Counted from the stretch's first letter, positions 37,644 through 46,874 are shown. The stretch is 64,000 bases of DNA from an uncultured Melioribacter sp. (GCA_964575995.1 CAZNTN010000007.1:2515-66514); one strand, 5' to 3'. Made by a program: numbers and translations. The notes: generated by a model from the letters alone, not told the origin.

Positions 37644-39323
37644 TCATTCTGTCAGCCAATTTAGTGCCTCTTGTGTTATTCCGTTATACCAGTCCACTTC
37701 ATTGTCTGTCGAGTTTGCTAATTCATTTGAACGCTCGAAAAATCGTTGAACGTATCTTGGTTCGTGAACATAATTTGCGTTATAAGAATCTTGAAACATT
37801 TTAATGAAAACAAATAACGGCAATGGAACTATTGTCGAAGTTCCACCATAATATTGAATGTTCATTTTGTGCAATGCGTAAAAATGAGCTTTACAAGCGT
37901 CATTTATATTCGGTGCAATGAATAAACAATAAGCTGGTTTTTCAGTTTCTCTTTTGAATTTAGCAAGGTGTCTTGTTACTGGTTCTCCTTCTGTTTCATA
38001 TTGCCTTTGCCCGCTCTGCATAGTTACTTCAACTGTTAAACCGAAGTCGCCATAATCGCAAACAATGTCAGCCATATTGCCCTGTGCTGTTGACATTGGA
38101 TTACCAAAGTCATCAAATTTTAGATTGGGCTTAATTTGTCCACCGTCTAACATTGTCATTGCTCGCCAAGTATTCCACTCCAACATAAGTGGTGTGTCAT
38201 AAAGCGAATTATCAAGTATTTGGTCGAATGTTGTAGATATATCTTCAAAAAGTCGGTAGTCTTTGATAGCTGCAACTTGCTCTGTTAATATGTATTCTTT
38301 TCTGTTTTCTAATTCGTCAGCAAATAAGTTTTTGAGGTCTTGTAATGTTGCTGTTTCAGAAATTTCAAGTTGTGGAAAATCTGCTCTGATTTTTTCTTCT
38401 AATAATGCTCTGTTGTCTGTTAGTAGTGTCGGAGCAAGCCGATCACCAAGATATGCAACATATTGACCTTCGTTATCAATAAAGCAAGGTTCTCTGTCTG
38501 TGTGTTGTAAGAAATAATCAACTTCTTGAATTTTTTCAGGAATTATTGAGATTGATTTTCCTAATTGCGAAATGTTTACCAAACCTGTTGCTCTCAAATA
38601 TCGGAAGCAAGCATCAGCATAATCTCGCATATTGCTTGCTTTGGTGTTTAGGAATTTTGCAACAGAGGCATTATTAGTTTCTCTTGTTTTTGTATTTCCC
38701 GAAATAAGGTCTGCACTGTATATTTCTCTTAACTCTCTGTTAGAATATTCCGCTCGAAAACGCTTGTAGTTCCCTTCATTCTGAGCTTTTGCTATTCTGA
38801 ATTGATTGATTTTCTCAACAATAGTATCAAACTCACGGTAATCAACCAATTGAAGACCGAACATCATTAACTCATCAAATTTCAATGAGGCGAAATGCCT
38901 TATGAGCCTGAAAAGTTCAAGATATGGTTTAACCCAAAATTCTGCTGAATTTTCTGTCGGTTCGTGAAATGGTGAAGGAACTTGAAATTTAAGTAACTGT
39001 CGTAAAAATATTTCGTCTTTTCTTCTTGAAGTTACAAGTTCTTCTCCTGCCGGAGTTAATTGTATTGTTGGGGAAAGAATAACAAAGCCAAGCGCTTTGG
39101 GTGCTCTGTTTATTCTGTCTCTTGCACTGAATGCCGGGTCTTTAGCACCTTCGCCATTGAAAAAGTTTTCCTGTCTCAATAGCTCCATAAATGCTCCTTG
39201 GGTTTCGTTATTCCATTTTTGACCAGCGAAGTGGGTGTGTAATAACCCAATTTCAGGAATCATCTTCGCTGGTGTCCGTGGGGAAGTTGTTACAAAAATT
39301 ACTTTACTGTCAATTCTAGCCAT
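37644..39323 (-). CDS. AlwI-family Type IIS restriction endonuclease (PleI/MlyI/Nt.BstNBI-like)
   Basis: TTSPRTP, SARDRINRAPKALGF, LRQLLKFQ, MADI...VEVT...EGEPVTRH. Confidence 0.88.
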   Translation of the reverse strand: MARIDSKVIFVTTSPRTPAKMIPEIGLLHTHFAGQKWNNETQGAFMELLRQENFFNGEGAKDPAFSARDRINRAPKALGFVILSPTIQLTPAGEELVTSRRKDEIFLRQLLKFQVPSPFHEPTENSAEFWVKPYLELFRLIRHFASLKFDELMMFGLQLVDYREFDTIVEKINQFRIAKAQNEGNYKRFRAEYSNRELREIYSADLISGNTKTRETNNASVAKFLNTKASNMRDYADACFRYLRATGLVNISQLGKSISIIPEKIQEVDYFLQHTDREPCFIDNEGQYVAYLGDRLAPTLLTDNRALLEEKIRADFPQLEISETATLQDLKNLFADELENRKEYILTEQVAAIKDYRLFEDISTTFDQILDNSLYDTPLMLEWNTWRAMTMLDGGQIKPNLKFDDFGNPMSTAQGNMADIVCDYGDFGLTVEVTMQSGQRQYETEGEPVTRHLAKFKRETEKPAYCLFIAPNINDACKAHFYALHKMNIQYYGGTSTIVPLPLFVFIKMFQDSYNANYVHEPRYVQRFFERSNELANSTDNEVDWYNGITQEALNWLTE

Positions 39324-40230
39324 AGGAAACAGATTCTTCTTCAAGTATTAATTTGGGCTCTCGTTTTAATGCCTCATTGCCATAGTTAGAAATAAGTATG
39401 TGGCTTGCTTCAGACTTAAATCTATTTCTAATATTTACTGCATATGATTTTCCATATTCATCTACAATGTAGTTTCCATATAATTTTTCTGTTAGCGGAG
39501 TTCTTCCAATAACCATAAGTGCCTTACACTTTAGGTTTTTGTATTGGTTGGCTAATTCAATGTGGTTCATTTCATTAAATCCGTCTTTATGTTCAGCGTT
39601 GCCATAATCGGAAAAAACACAATCATAAGGCGGGTCTAAAAACATAAAGTCGTCTTCGGTTGCCATTTTAAAGATCTCGGAATAGTCGAGATTGTTAATT
39701 TCTGTATTAGCAAGCAATTTGCTGTGTGATTTTGTAACCAATGAAGTGTTTAGGTTCGCATAACGACCATAAGGCACATTAAATTCTCCTTTTGCATTGT
39801 AGCGTATCATTCCAGAATACGCTGTTTTATTTATGAAGAAGTAAAGTAAAGCATCAGAGTATTTTTTTTCGGTCAACTCGTTGTACATATCTCTGATTTG
39901 ATAATAGAGGGGTTCGTTATAGTCATCGACTCTTTTATCAGGTGTTTTGCTCTTTAATTCTTCAAACTTCCTACGGTTAATGGTATAAACTCTTTCAATC
40001 TCTGTAAGTTCTTTTTTGAGAGCTTCAAAGTCATTTTTTACACCCAAGTAAAATGAAATAAGTTTTGAATTAATGTCATTTATGATAGCTCTTTTTGGTT
40101 CTAAATGAAAAAACAAAGCACCACCACCAAAAAACGGCTCAATATATCGTCCGTCAGTTTGTGGGATATGTTTTATCAAATGAGGGATTTCTTTTGATTT
40201 TCCTCCTCTGTATTTTACTAATGGCTTCAT
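39316..40230 (-). CDS. Dam-family (alpha-class) N6-adenine methyltransferase, M.PleI/M.BstNBI-like
   Basis: KYRGGK, EPFFGGGA, NKTAYSGMIRYN..G.FNVPYG, FLDPPY. Confidence 0.92.
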   Translation of the reverse strand: MKPLVKYRGGKSKEIPHLIKHIPQTDGRYIEPFFGGGALFFHLEPKRAIINDINSKLISFYLGVKNDFEALKKELTEIERVYTINRRKFEELKSKTPDKRVDDYNEPLYYQIRDMYNELTEKKYSDALLYFFINKTAYSGMIRYNAKGEFNVPYGRYANLNTSLVTKSHSKLLANTEINNLDYSEIFKMATEDDFMFLDPPYDCVFSDYGNAEHKDGFNEMNHIELANQYKNLKCKALMVIGRTPLTEKLYGNYIVDEYGKSYAVNIRNRFKSEASHILISNYGNEALKREPKLILEEESVSYG

Positions 40231-40535
40231 GCTTTGGCTGTTTTACGTTTATATTGGACAATGCTTTCAGCAACCACACTCAAAATTTGTGTTGCTTCTT
40301 CTTCGGCAATAATGTCGCAAACCTTGTCTGCCGTCCAAAAACGTACTAACACTTTAGAGTCAACCTCAAGCAATTCCGCAAGAACTATTACTTGTTCTCG
40401 TTTTGCTCGTCTGTCGCCTTTTTCAATCTTGCAGTATGTCGCTGTGTAAATTTCTAACGCAACAGCTAACTGTCTTTGAGGAATTTGTTTCTCCTCTAGA
40501 AGTGTCCTGATTTTATTACCAAAGATTGTTGACAT
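40227..40535 (-). CDS. XRE HTH regulator (controller-like) heading the R-M operon
   Basis: FGNKIR..IPQRQLA..LEI..ATYCKIEKG; ATGA overlap with the methyltransferase. Confidence 0.85.
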   Translation of the reverse strand: MSTIFGNKIRTLLEEKQIPQRQLAVALEIYTATYCKIEKGDRRAKREQVIVLAELLEVDSKVLVRFWTADKVCDIIAEEEATQILSVVAESIVQYKRKTAKA

Positions 40536-40617
40536 AAGTTTGTCTTGACATTATTTGGCAAATATAGTTCTTTTTCTTTAGATCGTCATTTTTTTGCACT
40601 GTCTGTCTTTTTAGGGT

Positions 40618-40756
40618 GAAGGCTGACGGTTTCGGGCTTTGCGAAATGCGGATATCGAAGCACTAAACTGTCTGCCAGCACTGAATTTGAATAGAAGCAC
40701 AATGCTTCAAGTTTGCACTTTACCCCGCCATTACGCCAAACCGCTGTTAGTGTCTG
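40618..40756 (-). repeat. attC-like site 1
   Basis: GGCTGACGGTTTCGGGCTTTGCG...CGCCAAACCGCTGTTAGTG; 6 bp from the stop at 40763. Confidence 0.85.
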
Positions 40757-40762
40757 TAGTTC

Positions 40763-41260
40763 TCATCTTGTCTTGAATGAAATGTCTTTACCTTCCGCTC
40801 GTGCTTGTCTCACTGCTTGTTGATAATGTTCAGGCAATGTTTCCAGTGAAACAATGAGTCCATCAACCATTACAAAATTTGCGAACGGGTTACTGCTTTG
40901 CATTTTCTTGGTTGAAAATTCATTGTCCCAAAGGTCAAGTTTTAGCAAATCCCGAATTTGTTTTGACTTATTTCCAGTCGTTGACTTACTTGTCTCGAAA
41001 AAATTGTTAATGTCATCTATTGAAATGTATGGCTCAAAGGATTTATCAAACAAAAAATTGATTGTCCCCAATGTGTGAATAATTGCAGCTGCCCAAATTT
41101 TTGGCTGTCCAGTTATGAAAGGAACATTTCGTTTGCGTCCGAGTTTTTGTGTCAGCCGTTCTGCAAGCTCAAAATATTCTTCGTCAAGTTTTTTTGCACA
41201 AAATTCTCTCAAAAGGTCAAGAATTTTTTGTTTTTGTTCTTCAATTTTTTGTTTATCCAT
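40763..41260 (-). CDS. DUF6398-like protein, first cassette
   Basis: FC...LDEEY...KLGRKR..P...G...IWAAAII..LG.INFLFD pattern. Confidence 0.75.
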   Translation of the reverse strand: MDKQKIEEQKQKILDLLREFCAKKLDEEYFELAERLTQKLGRKRNVPFITGQPKIWAAAIIHTLGTINFLFDKSFEPYISIDDINNFFETSKSTTGNKSKQIRDLLKLDLWDNEFSTKKMQSSNPFANFVMVDGLIVSLETLPEHYQQAVRQARAEGKDISFKTR

Positions 41261-41297
41261 ACTTTACTGTCGTTTGAGTTTGTAATGCCGTCAACGC

Positions 41298-41342
41298 TTG
41301 CAACCAACAATTTGTTTATCGTAAGTATAGTAAAAACAAATT
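41298..41342 (-). other. attI-like junction
   Basis: Lone GTTGGTTGCAA core (- strand) without attC arms; adjacent inverted repeat AATTTGTTT...AAACAAATT. Confidence 0.55.
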
Positions 41343-41392
41343 ATATTGGTAACTTTACTACGGGTAAACCACCTAATTAGGAGGTAAATAGA

Positions 41393-42214
41393 TTGGTTCC
41401 AAATAAAATTGATTTGTTGCGGGAAGTCCTTTCTTTAAGAAACTATGCGCCTCAAACAATAAAAATTTACTTAAAGGCAGTTATTCAATACAATAGTTTT
41501 TCCGGTTTGCTAATACCAACTCAAGATTCTTTATCTAATTTTGCTGTTCATCTTAAAGAAAAAAAACTTTCGTTTAGCCATATAAAAAATTCTGTAATGG
41601 CAGTTAAACTTTATTCCGAAGTAATCTTTAAGCAAAATTTAGCAAGTGATTTTTTACGAGATTATAGAAAAGAAAGAAAGCTGCCCGATGTTTTAAGCAT
41701 TGAAGAGATAAAATCTATTATTGAAAAGATAGACAATCTTAAACATAAAACTATCATCTCACTCATTTATTCATGCGGTTTGCGCCTAAGTGAATGTGTA
41801 AATGTTAAAATAAGTGATATGGATTTTAAACAGATGCTGATTAAAGTTGTGCAGTCAAAGGGTAATAAAGACCGCTTTCTGCCTCTTTCAAATAAAATGC
41901 TTCTTTTGTTAAGAGAATACTATAAAGAGTATAAACCGAAAGAATTTTTGTTCGAGGGACAAATTCAAAAATATTATTCAGCCCGTAGTATCCAGGTAAT
42001 ACTAAAAACAGCACTGGCAAAGTCAAATATAAAAAAGAGTATATCAGTGCATTCTTTGCGTCATTCTTACGCAACACATTTACTTGAACAGGGTACAGAT
42101 ATTTCAATAATTCAAAAATTGCTCGGGCATAAGGATATTAAAACTACTCTGCTTTACACTCAGATTAGTAAAACACAGCTTACAAAAATTAATAATCCAT
42201 TCGATTCATTTTAA
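41393..42214 (+). CDS. Tyrosine recombinase (IntI-related, lacking the IntI insertion)
   Basis: AGGAGG RBS with TTG start; LRNYAPQTIKIY, GLRLSE, KGNKDR, HSLRHSYATH, LLGH and catalytic Tyr all intact. Confidence 0.93.
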   Translation: MVPNKIDLLREVLSLRNYAPQTIKIYLKAVIQYNSFSGLLIPTQDSLSNFAVHLKEKKLSFSHIKNSVMAVKLYSEVIFKQNLASDFLRDYRKERKLPDVLSIEEIKSIIEKIDNLKHKTIISLIYSCGLRLSECVNVKISDMDFKQMLIKVVQSKGNKDRFLPLSNKMLLLLREYYKEYKPKEFLFEGQIQKYYSARSIQVILKTALAKSNIKKSISVHSLRHSYATHLLEQGTDISIIQKLLGHKDIKTTLLYTQISKTQLTKINNPFDSF

Positions 42215-42245
42215 TTGTATTATTGTTTTATGTACAGCACAAGAC

Positions 42246-42665
42246 TTATATATTTCCCATCTTAACAATTACATCAAACTCAGCTTTTTCAACAGGCATA
42301 ACCGAAAGTTTGCTGCCCGGCTGGACAAGTCTAATCTTCTGCAACTTCTTGTTGGCTTTAATCTCATCAAGTTGAACAAACTTGGAGATTTTTTTTACAA
42401 ATTTAAGGGTACCTCTAAAATTTACTTATTTTAAAAATAGCACACTGATAAACCTGCAGCAAGCAGGCTAAACAGACCAGCCTGCCATACTTTAGAAACA
42501 ACTAAGTGTGAGATTATTATTGAGTTTTTAGAGGTACCACTAATATCAAACGTCACCCAAATCGGTGAACCATTTTTACTTTACCGATCCTAATGCGTGT
42601 CCCCCGGAACAAAAGCTATGAAATAGGGATAGCCATTTTCACGCCGCCTATTAATTCTTGGTCGA
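42246..42665 (-). pseudogene. EVE-domain pseudogene interrupted by a MITE
   Basis: GYPYFIAFVPGDTH*DR*SKNGSPIWVTFDI | KFVKK...LDEIKAN...GSKLSVMPVEKAEFD. Confidence 0.7.
42407..42540. mobile_element. MITE with TAA target-site duplication
   Basis: GGGTACCTCTAAAA / TTTTAGAGGTACC TIRs. Removing the element plus one TAA restores the EVE frame. Confidence 0.85.
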
Positions 42666-42836
42666 GTGGCTCTGACCAAATCAATTTCAATTAATTCTCA
42701 CTGTTCGTAAGCGATTTTGAACTTTCGGAAGCCACTATGTACCAAGCGGGTCTCGGTCATGCATACAACTAAATTCTCGTGTGTCTGATATAATTCCAAT
42801 ACTGTTGTAGTTAATCGTAAGAAGAATTAATAATTA

Positions 42837-42972
42837 GGCATCTCTAAAAACAAAAAATGTTTGTCATTCTGAAGAGTGGAGCGGCGAAGAATCTCAGCTC
42901 TCTTTCAAATAAACAAAGCTGAGCTTCCGATCCCGCTTTGTCGGGTTCGGAAAGACAATTATTAGAGATGCC
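42837..42972. mobile_element. MITE with TTA duplication and an internal REP-like module
   Basis: tta|GGCATCTCTAA...TTAGAGATGCC|tta; internal GTCATTCTGAAG...GAAGAATCT. Confidence 0.8.
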
Positions 42973-43029
42973 TTAAAGCCATTTAAAGTAGTAAGAACTA
43001 AGATTAAATTTTCGGTCTACGTTCTACAC

Positions 43030-43368
43030 TCAATCGTAGTATGGAATAATTTCGCTGCCCATAAATTTTAACACAGCGGCAATAACGCCAAGGTCATCCA
43101 GATAGCCGATAAGCGGTGCTAAATCTGGTATTGTATCGATAGGGCTTATGAAATAAATAAGTGCTCCAATTACAATTGATTTTCTGTGCCAAGAAATATG
43201 CCTGTCCCGCATATAACGGTAAAGCGCTTTTACATCTTTGGCAAAGCGGATTTTGCTTCCGGCTTTTTCTACTTTAGACCAAAGATTGTCTTGAACGTAA
43301 GCGCTTCCACTATCAACTTTTTCTTTGCTGTTGTACTGCTCGTCTAACTCGTTAATATTGTAATTCAT
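43030..43368 (-). CDS. YkvA/DUF1232 family protein
   Basis: ALIYFISPIDTIPDLAPLIGYLDD. Confidence 0.92.
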   Translation of the reverse strand: MNYNINELDEQYNSKEKVDSGSAYVQDNLWSKVEKAGSKIRFAKDVKALYRYMRDRHISWHRKSIVIGALIYFISPIDTIPDLAPLIGYLDDLGVIAAVLKFMGSEIIPYYD

Positions 43369-43379
43369 GTTAAGCCCAT

Positions 43380-45419
43380 TTATTTTTTGAATTGTTCAAT
43401 CCAATCGAAAAATGTGTTATACCACAACCGCGAGTTCTGCGGTTTCAAAACAAAGTGAGTTTCATCAGGAAAGTAAAGCAGCTTGCTCGGAACACCTCTT
43501 CTCTGTAAATAAGTAAAATGCTGAAAAGCTTGTTCTTCAGAAACTCTAAAATCCATTGCGCCATGAATTACTAAAACCGGTGTTTTTACTTTATCTGTAT
43601 GTTTATGAGGAGAAAATTTATCATACAATGCTTTGTTGGTCCAAGGAGTTCCTTTATTATCCCACTCGGGAAACCAAAGTTGTTCAGTAGTGCCGTACAT
43701 ACTTTCGAGATTGAAAACACCTGCGTGGCAAATCAAAGCATTAAAGCGGTCTGTTTGAGTAGAAATCCAAGCTGTCATATAACCGCCGTAAGAACCGCCG
43801 GCAGCAAAAAGATTTTTAGCATCAATAAATTTGTATTGCTTAATTGCGTTATCAACACAGCTCATAATATCTGTATAAGGTTTGCCGCCCCAATCGCCGC
43901 TAATTGCATCTGTAAATTTCTGTCCAAATCCGGTAGAGCCGCGGAAATTTGGTGCAACAACAACATATCCTCTCGAAGCGAACAATTGTAAATTCCATCG
44001 GTAATGGAATTGATCCGCTGTTATTCCCTGCGGTCCGCCATGAATTACAACAAGCATAGGATACTTTTTATCCTTGTCGAAGAAAGGCGGCTTAACTAAT
44101 AATGATTGAACCTGCACGCCATCTTTCGCTTTTGTCCAGAAAGATTCAGCCGCATTCATTTCAAGCTGGGCAAGTAATTCTTTGTTGAGAGTTGTAAGCT
44201 GTTTTATTTCTCCGGTTGCAAGGTTTAAAGCACAAAGTTCAATTGGCATGCTGCTTTTTTGATGTTTGTAATAAAGCGTATTTCCATCAGGCGAAATTTC
44301 TATATCGCTGCTGTATGCATCTTTTACAAGTAACGTGAGCTCGCTGGTTGCTACATTCAACTTAAAAATTGAATGGAAAGATTCACGGTCTGCATCAAAG
44401 AAAATGTATTTTGAATCGGGCGAAAAAACAACTTTGCCAACAGAAAAATCAATTTTGCTGGTTAAGTCTTTTGTCTTCTTAGATGTTCTATCATACAGCA
44501 TTAGTCGAAGTTTATCGGCTTCAAAACCGGCACGCTCCATCGAAAGAAATGCCAAGAACTTTCCATCGGGTGAATAAACCGGCTGATTGTCGTTCCCTTT
44601 GCTTGTAGAAATAGTATTGAATGAAGCGGAGTTCAAAGTGGGATTAATTAAAACCACATCGTTGTTAGTGCTTGTTGCAAGTTTAGTACCAGTGCCTTTC
44701 TTATAATTATCCCAATTAATTGTAAAAGCAATTTCATCATCGTTTGGCGCAAAAGCATAATCTCCATGTCCGCCTAAAGCAATTGGCGGTACGTCTGCAT
44801 AGCTGCCTTTTGTTAGGTCTTGAACAATTCCGGTTTCCATATTCAACAAGAAAAGATGGCTTACTTTATCACCACGCCAATCATTAAAGTTGCGGTAGTA
44901 AAGTTCATCAAAAATTTTTGCTTTTACTTTGCTTGCTTCGGCGGCTTTGTCTTTTTGTTCGTTGCATTCTTGAGTATCGCAATCGGGATAAACAGAAGAA
45001 ACAAAAAGAGCCAGCTTGCCGTTCTTGTTCCATACTAAGCCGGAGGAGCCAGTATAAAATTTTGTAAGCTGTTCATCATTTTTTCCATCCAAATCGCAAA
45101 GCCAGATTTGCCCTTTCATTTCGTAGGCAACTTTTTTTCCATCTGGCGAAAATTTAGGAGCGCTTTCGCCGGCTTCACTATTTTTTAATGGACGCAGATT
45201 TGTTCCATCCGAATTCATAAGCCATATATCGCTGTTACCTTTATTGGTTTCCATGTTAAAAGATGTAACGGCAAATGCGATAAGCTTTCCATCGGTCGAT
45301 AAACTGTAATCGCCCATTCTTTTCATATTCCATAAATCTTCGATTGTTATAGCACGCTTTTGAGCGGCAACAAAGTTTAATGATACTATAAGCAGTAAAA
45401 AGCGGAGAAGGTTTTTCAT
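43380..45419 (-). CDS. S9C prolyl oligopeptidase-family peptidase
   Basis: PD40-like repeats, IHGGPQ, GGSYGG, DFRV, DETH. Confidence 0.92.
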   Translation of the reverse strand: MKNLLRFLLLIVSLNFVAAQKRAITIEDLWNMKRMGDYSLSTDGKLIAFAVTSFNMETNKGNSDIWLMNSDGTNLRPLKNSEAGESAPKFSPDGKKVAYEMKGQIWLCDLDGKNDEQLTKFYTGSSGLVWNKNGKLALFVSSVYPDCDTQECNEQKDKAAEASKVKAKIFDELYYRNFNDWRGDKVSHLFLLNMETGIVQDLTKGSYADVPPIALGGHGDYAFAPNDDEIAFTINWDNYKKGTGTKLATSTNNDVVLINPTLNSASFNTISTSKGNDNQPVYSPDGKFLAFLSMERAGFEADKLRLMLYDRTSKKTKDLTSKIDFSVGKVVFSPDSKYIFFDADRESFHSIFKLNVATSELTLLVKDAYSSDIEISPDGNTLYYKHQKSSMPIELCALNLATGEIKQLTTLNKELLAQLEMNAAESFWTKAKDGVQVQSLLVKPPFFDKDKKYPMLVVIHGGPQGITADQFHYRWNLQLFASRGYVVVAPNFRGSTGFGQKFTDAISGDWGGKPYTDIMSCVDNAIKQYKFIDAKNLFAAGGSYGGYMTAWISTQTDRFNALICHAGVFNLESMYGTTEQLWFPEWDNKGTPWTNKALYDKFSPHKHTDKVKTPVLVIHGAMDFRVSEEQAFQHFTYLQRRGVPSKLLYFPDETHFVLKPQNSRLWYNTFFDWIEQFKK

Positions 45420-45781
45420 TGTATCCTCTAATAGTTTTAGCGGGCGTAAATTATGAAAAGTGAAGTGGAAATTAAAGCCAATTAATTAACCCAAATTTCC
45501 TTATGAATGCGGCAGATAAGTTTATTTAATTTTAGAGTATAATCCATTTTTTGGATTAAGAATCAACTTAAGCTGTAAAGACACTTTTTGAAACCGATAC
45601 TTTAAATTTCTTAGTATGTTTTTACTGTAACTTTTTAAAAAAGAATGTAAAGACTTACTACGTATAAAACGGGCAAGCCGCTACTAAAACAAAATTGAAT
45701 AAGCCAAATTTGGAATGCAGAACCGTTTCTCTTTAAGTTCCTTTTAGTTAAGTTGGCTCAGCATTTATAACAATATTTAAA

Positions 45782-45979
45782 ATGAGCTCTTTTTCTTGTC
45801 CACATATTGACTTGAACAGTTGCTGCCAATTGCTAAAAGATGAGTGCATTCCCGGCAGAAAAGGATGCGTACTTGGCAGCAAAGTATCTTTTGCTTTTGC
45901 GGCAGAAAAAAGAAAACTACAGATTGAACATGAAAAGCAAAAGGACCCATTTAAAGATTACAGAAGAAAGAAAAAATAA
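45782..45979 (+). CDS. Small Cys-rich hypothetical protein
   Basis: FSCPH...C.L....CIPGRKGCVL; co-oriented just upstream of the SMP-30 gene. Confidence 0.55.
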   Translation: MSSFSCPHIDLNSCCQLLKDECIPGRKGCVLGSKVSFAFAAEKRKLQIEHEKQKDPFKDYRRKKK

Positions 45980-45990
45980 CGGAGATTATT

Positions 45991-46860
45991 TTGAAAAAGA
46001 TATTAGCAGTTTTGCTTTTGTTTTCAGGTGTTGGGGCTGCACAATCGCCGGTTCCAAAAGAAGCAAAGTTAGAAAAAATTTCCACCGGACATATATTTGT
46101 TGAAGGACCTGTTTGGAAAGATGGAGTTGGGTTGCTCTTTTCGGATATGGGTTCAAACTGCATTAACAAATGGAATCAGGAAAGCGGAACAACTGTATTT
46201 CTTAAGCCGTCTTTCGTTTCCAACGGCTTAACTTTTGATAACGATGGCAGATTAATATTGATGCAGACCGGGAAACGCCGCGTAGCTAGATTAGAAGAAG
46301 ATGGAACAACACAAATATCGTTGGCAGATAAATTTGAAGGAAAAAAATTCAACAGCCCCAACGACCTTGCCGTAAAATCAAGCGGCTCCATTTTCTTTAC
46401 GGATCCTGATTTTAACACACCTCAAGGCGAAATAGCGGAATTAAGCATCAAAGGAATTTACCGGCTTGCTAAAAACGGTTCGCTTAAATTACTAGATGAC
46501 ACCTTTGATAAACCAAATGGAATATGTTTTTCTCCTGATGAAAAAAAACTTTATGTGTGCGAATCTCCCAAAGCAATTGTTTACGTTTGGGATGTTGTTG
46601 ATGACTCTACCATAGCTAACAAAAAACTTTTTTACTCAATTCCGGAAAAAGGTTATGCTGATGGTATGAAATGCGATGCAGATGGAAATTTGTTTTGTAC
46701 CGGTCCCGGCGGAGTTTGGGTAATTTCTCCAAAAGGAATACTGCTCGATAAAATTGTAACACCGGAAACTCCTACTAACTGCAATTGGGGAGATGCCGAC
46801 AGAAAAACTTTGTACGTAACCGCACAGACTTCTGTATATAGAATTAGATTAACAAAGTAA
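45991..46860 (+). CDS. SMP-30/gluconolactonase/LRE family protein
   Basis: EGPVW, FNSPND, FTDP, PNGICFSPD, DGMKCD; GGAG RBS with TTG start. Confidence 0.92.
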   Translation: MKKILAVLLLFSGVGAAQSPVPKEAKLEKISTGHIFVEGPVWKDGVGLLFSDMGSNCINKWNQESGTTVFLKPSFVSNGLTFDNDGRLILMQTGKRRVARLEEDGTTQISLADKFEGKKFNSPNDLAVKSSGSIFFTDPDFNTPQGEIAELSIKGIYRLAKNGSLKLLDDTFDKPNGICFSPDEKKLYVCESPKAIVYVWDVVDDSTIANKKLFYSIPEKGYADGMKCDADGNLFCTGPGGVWVISPKGILLDKIVTPETPTNCNWGDADRKTLYVTAQTSVYRIRLTK

Positions 46861-46874
46861 ATGCAGAGATTTTA

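Larger units (their letters stand above)
32510..42214. mobile_element. Integron-like element: tyrosine recombinase, attI-like site and five cassette blocks
   Basis: Co-oriented gene blocks each followed by an attC-like site; divergent recombinase at the head of the array. Confidence 0.75.

Noticed and set aside
32510..40756. CRISPR or DGR/retron interpretation of the repeats
   Set aside because: Repeats are ~140 bp and separated by whole genes. No cas or reverse transcriptase gene is in the window.
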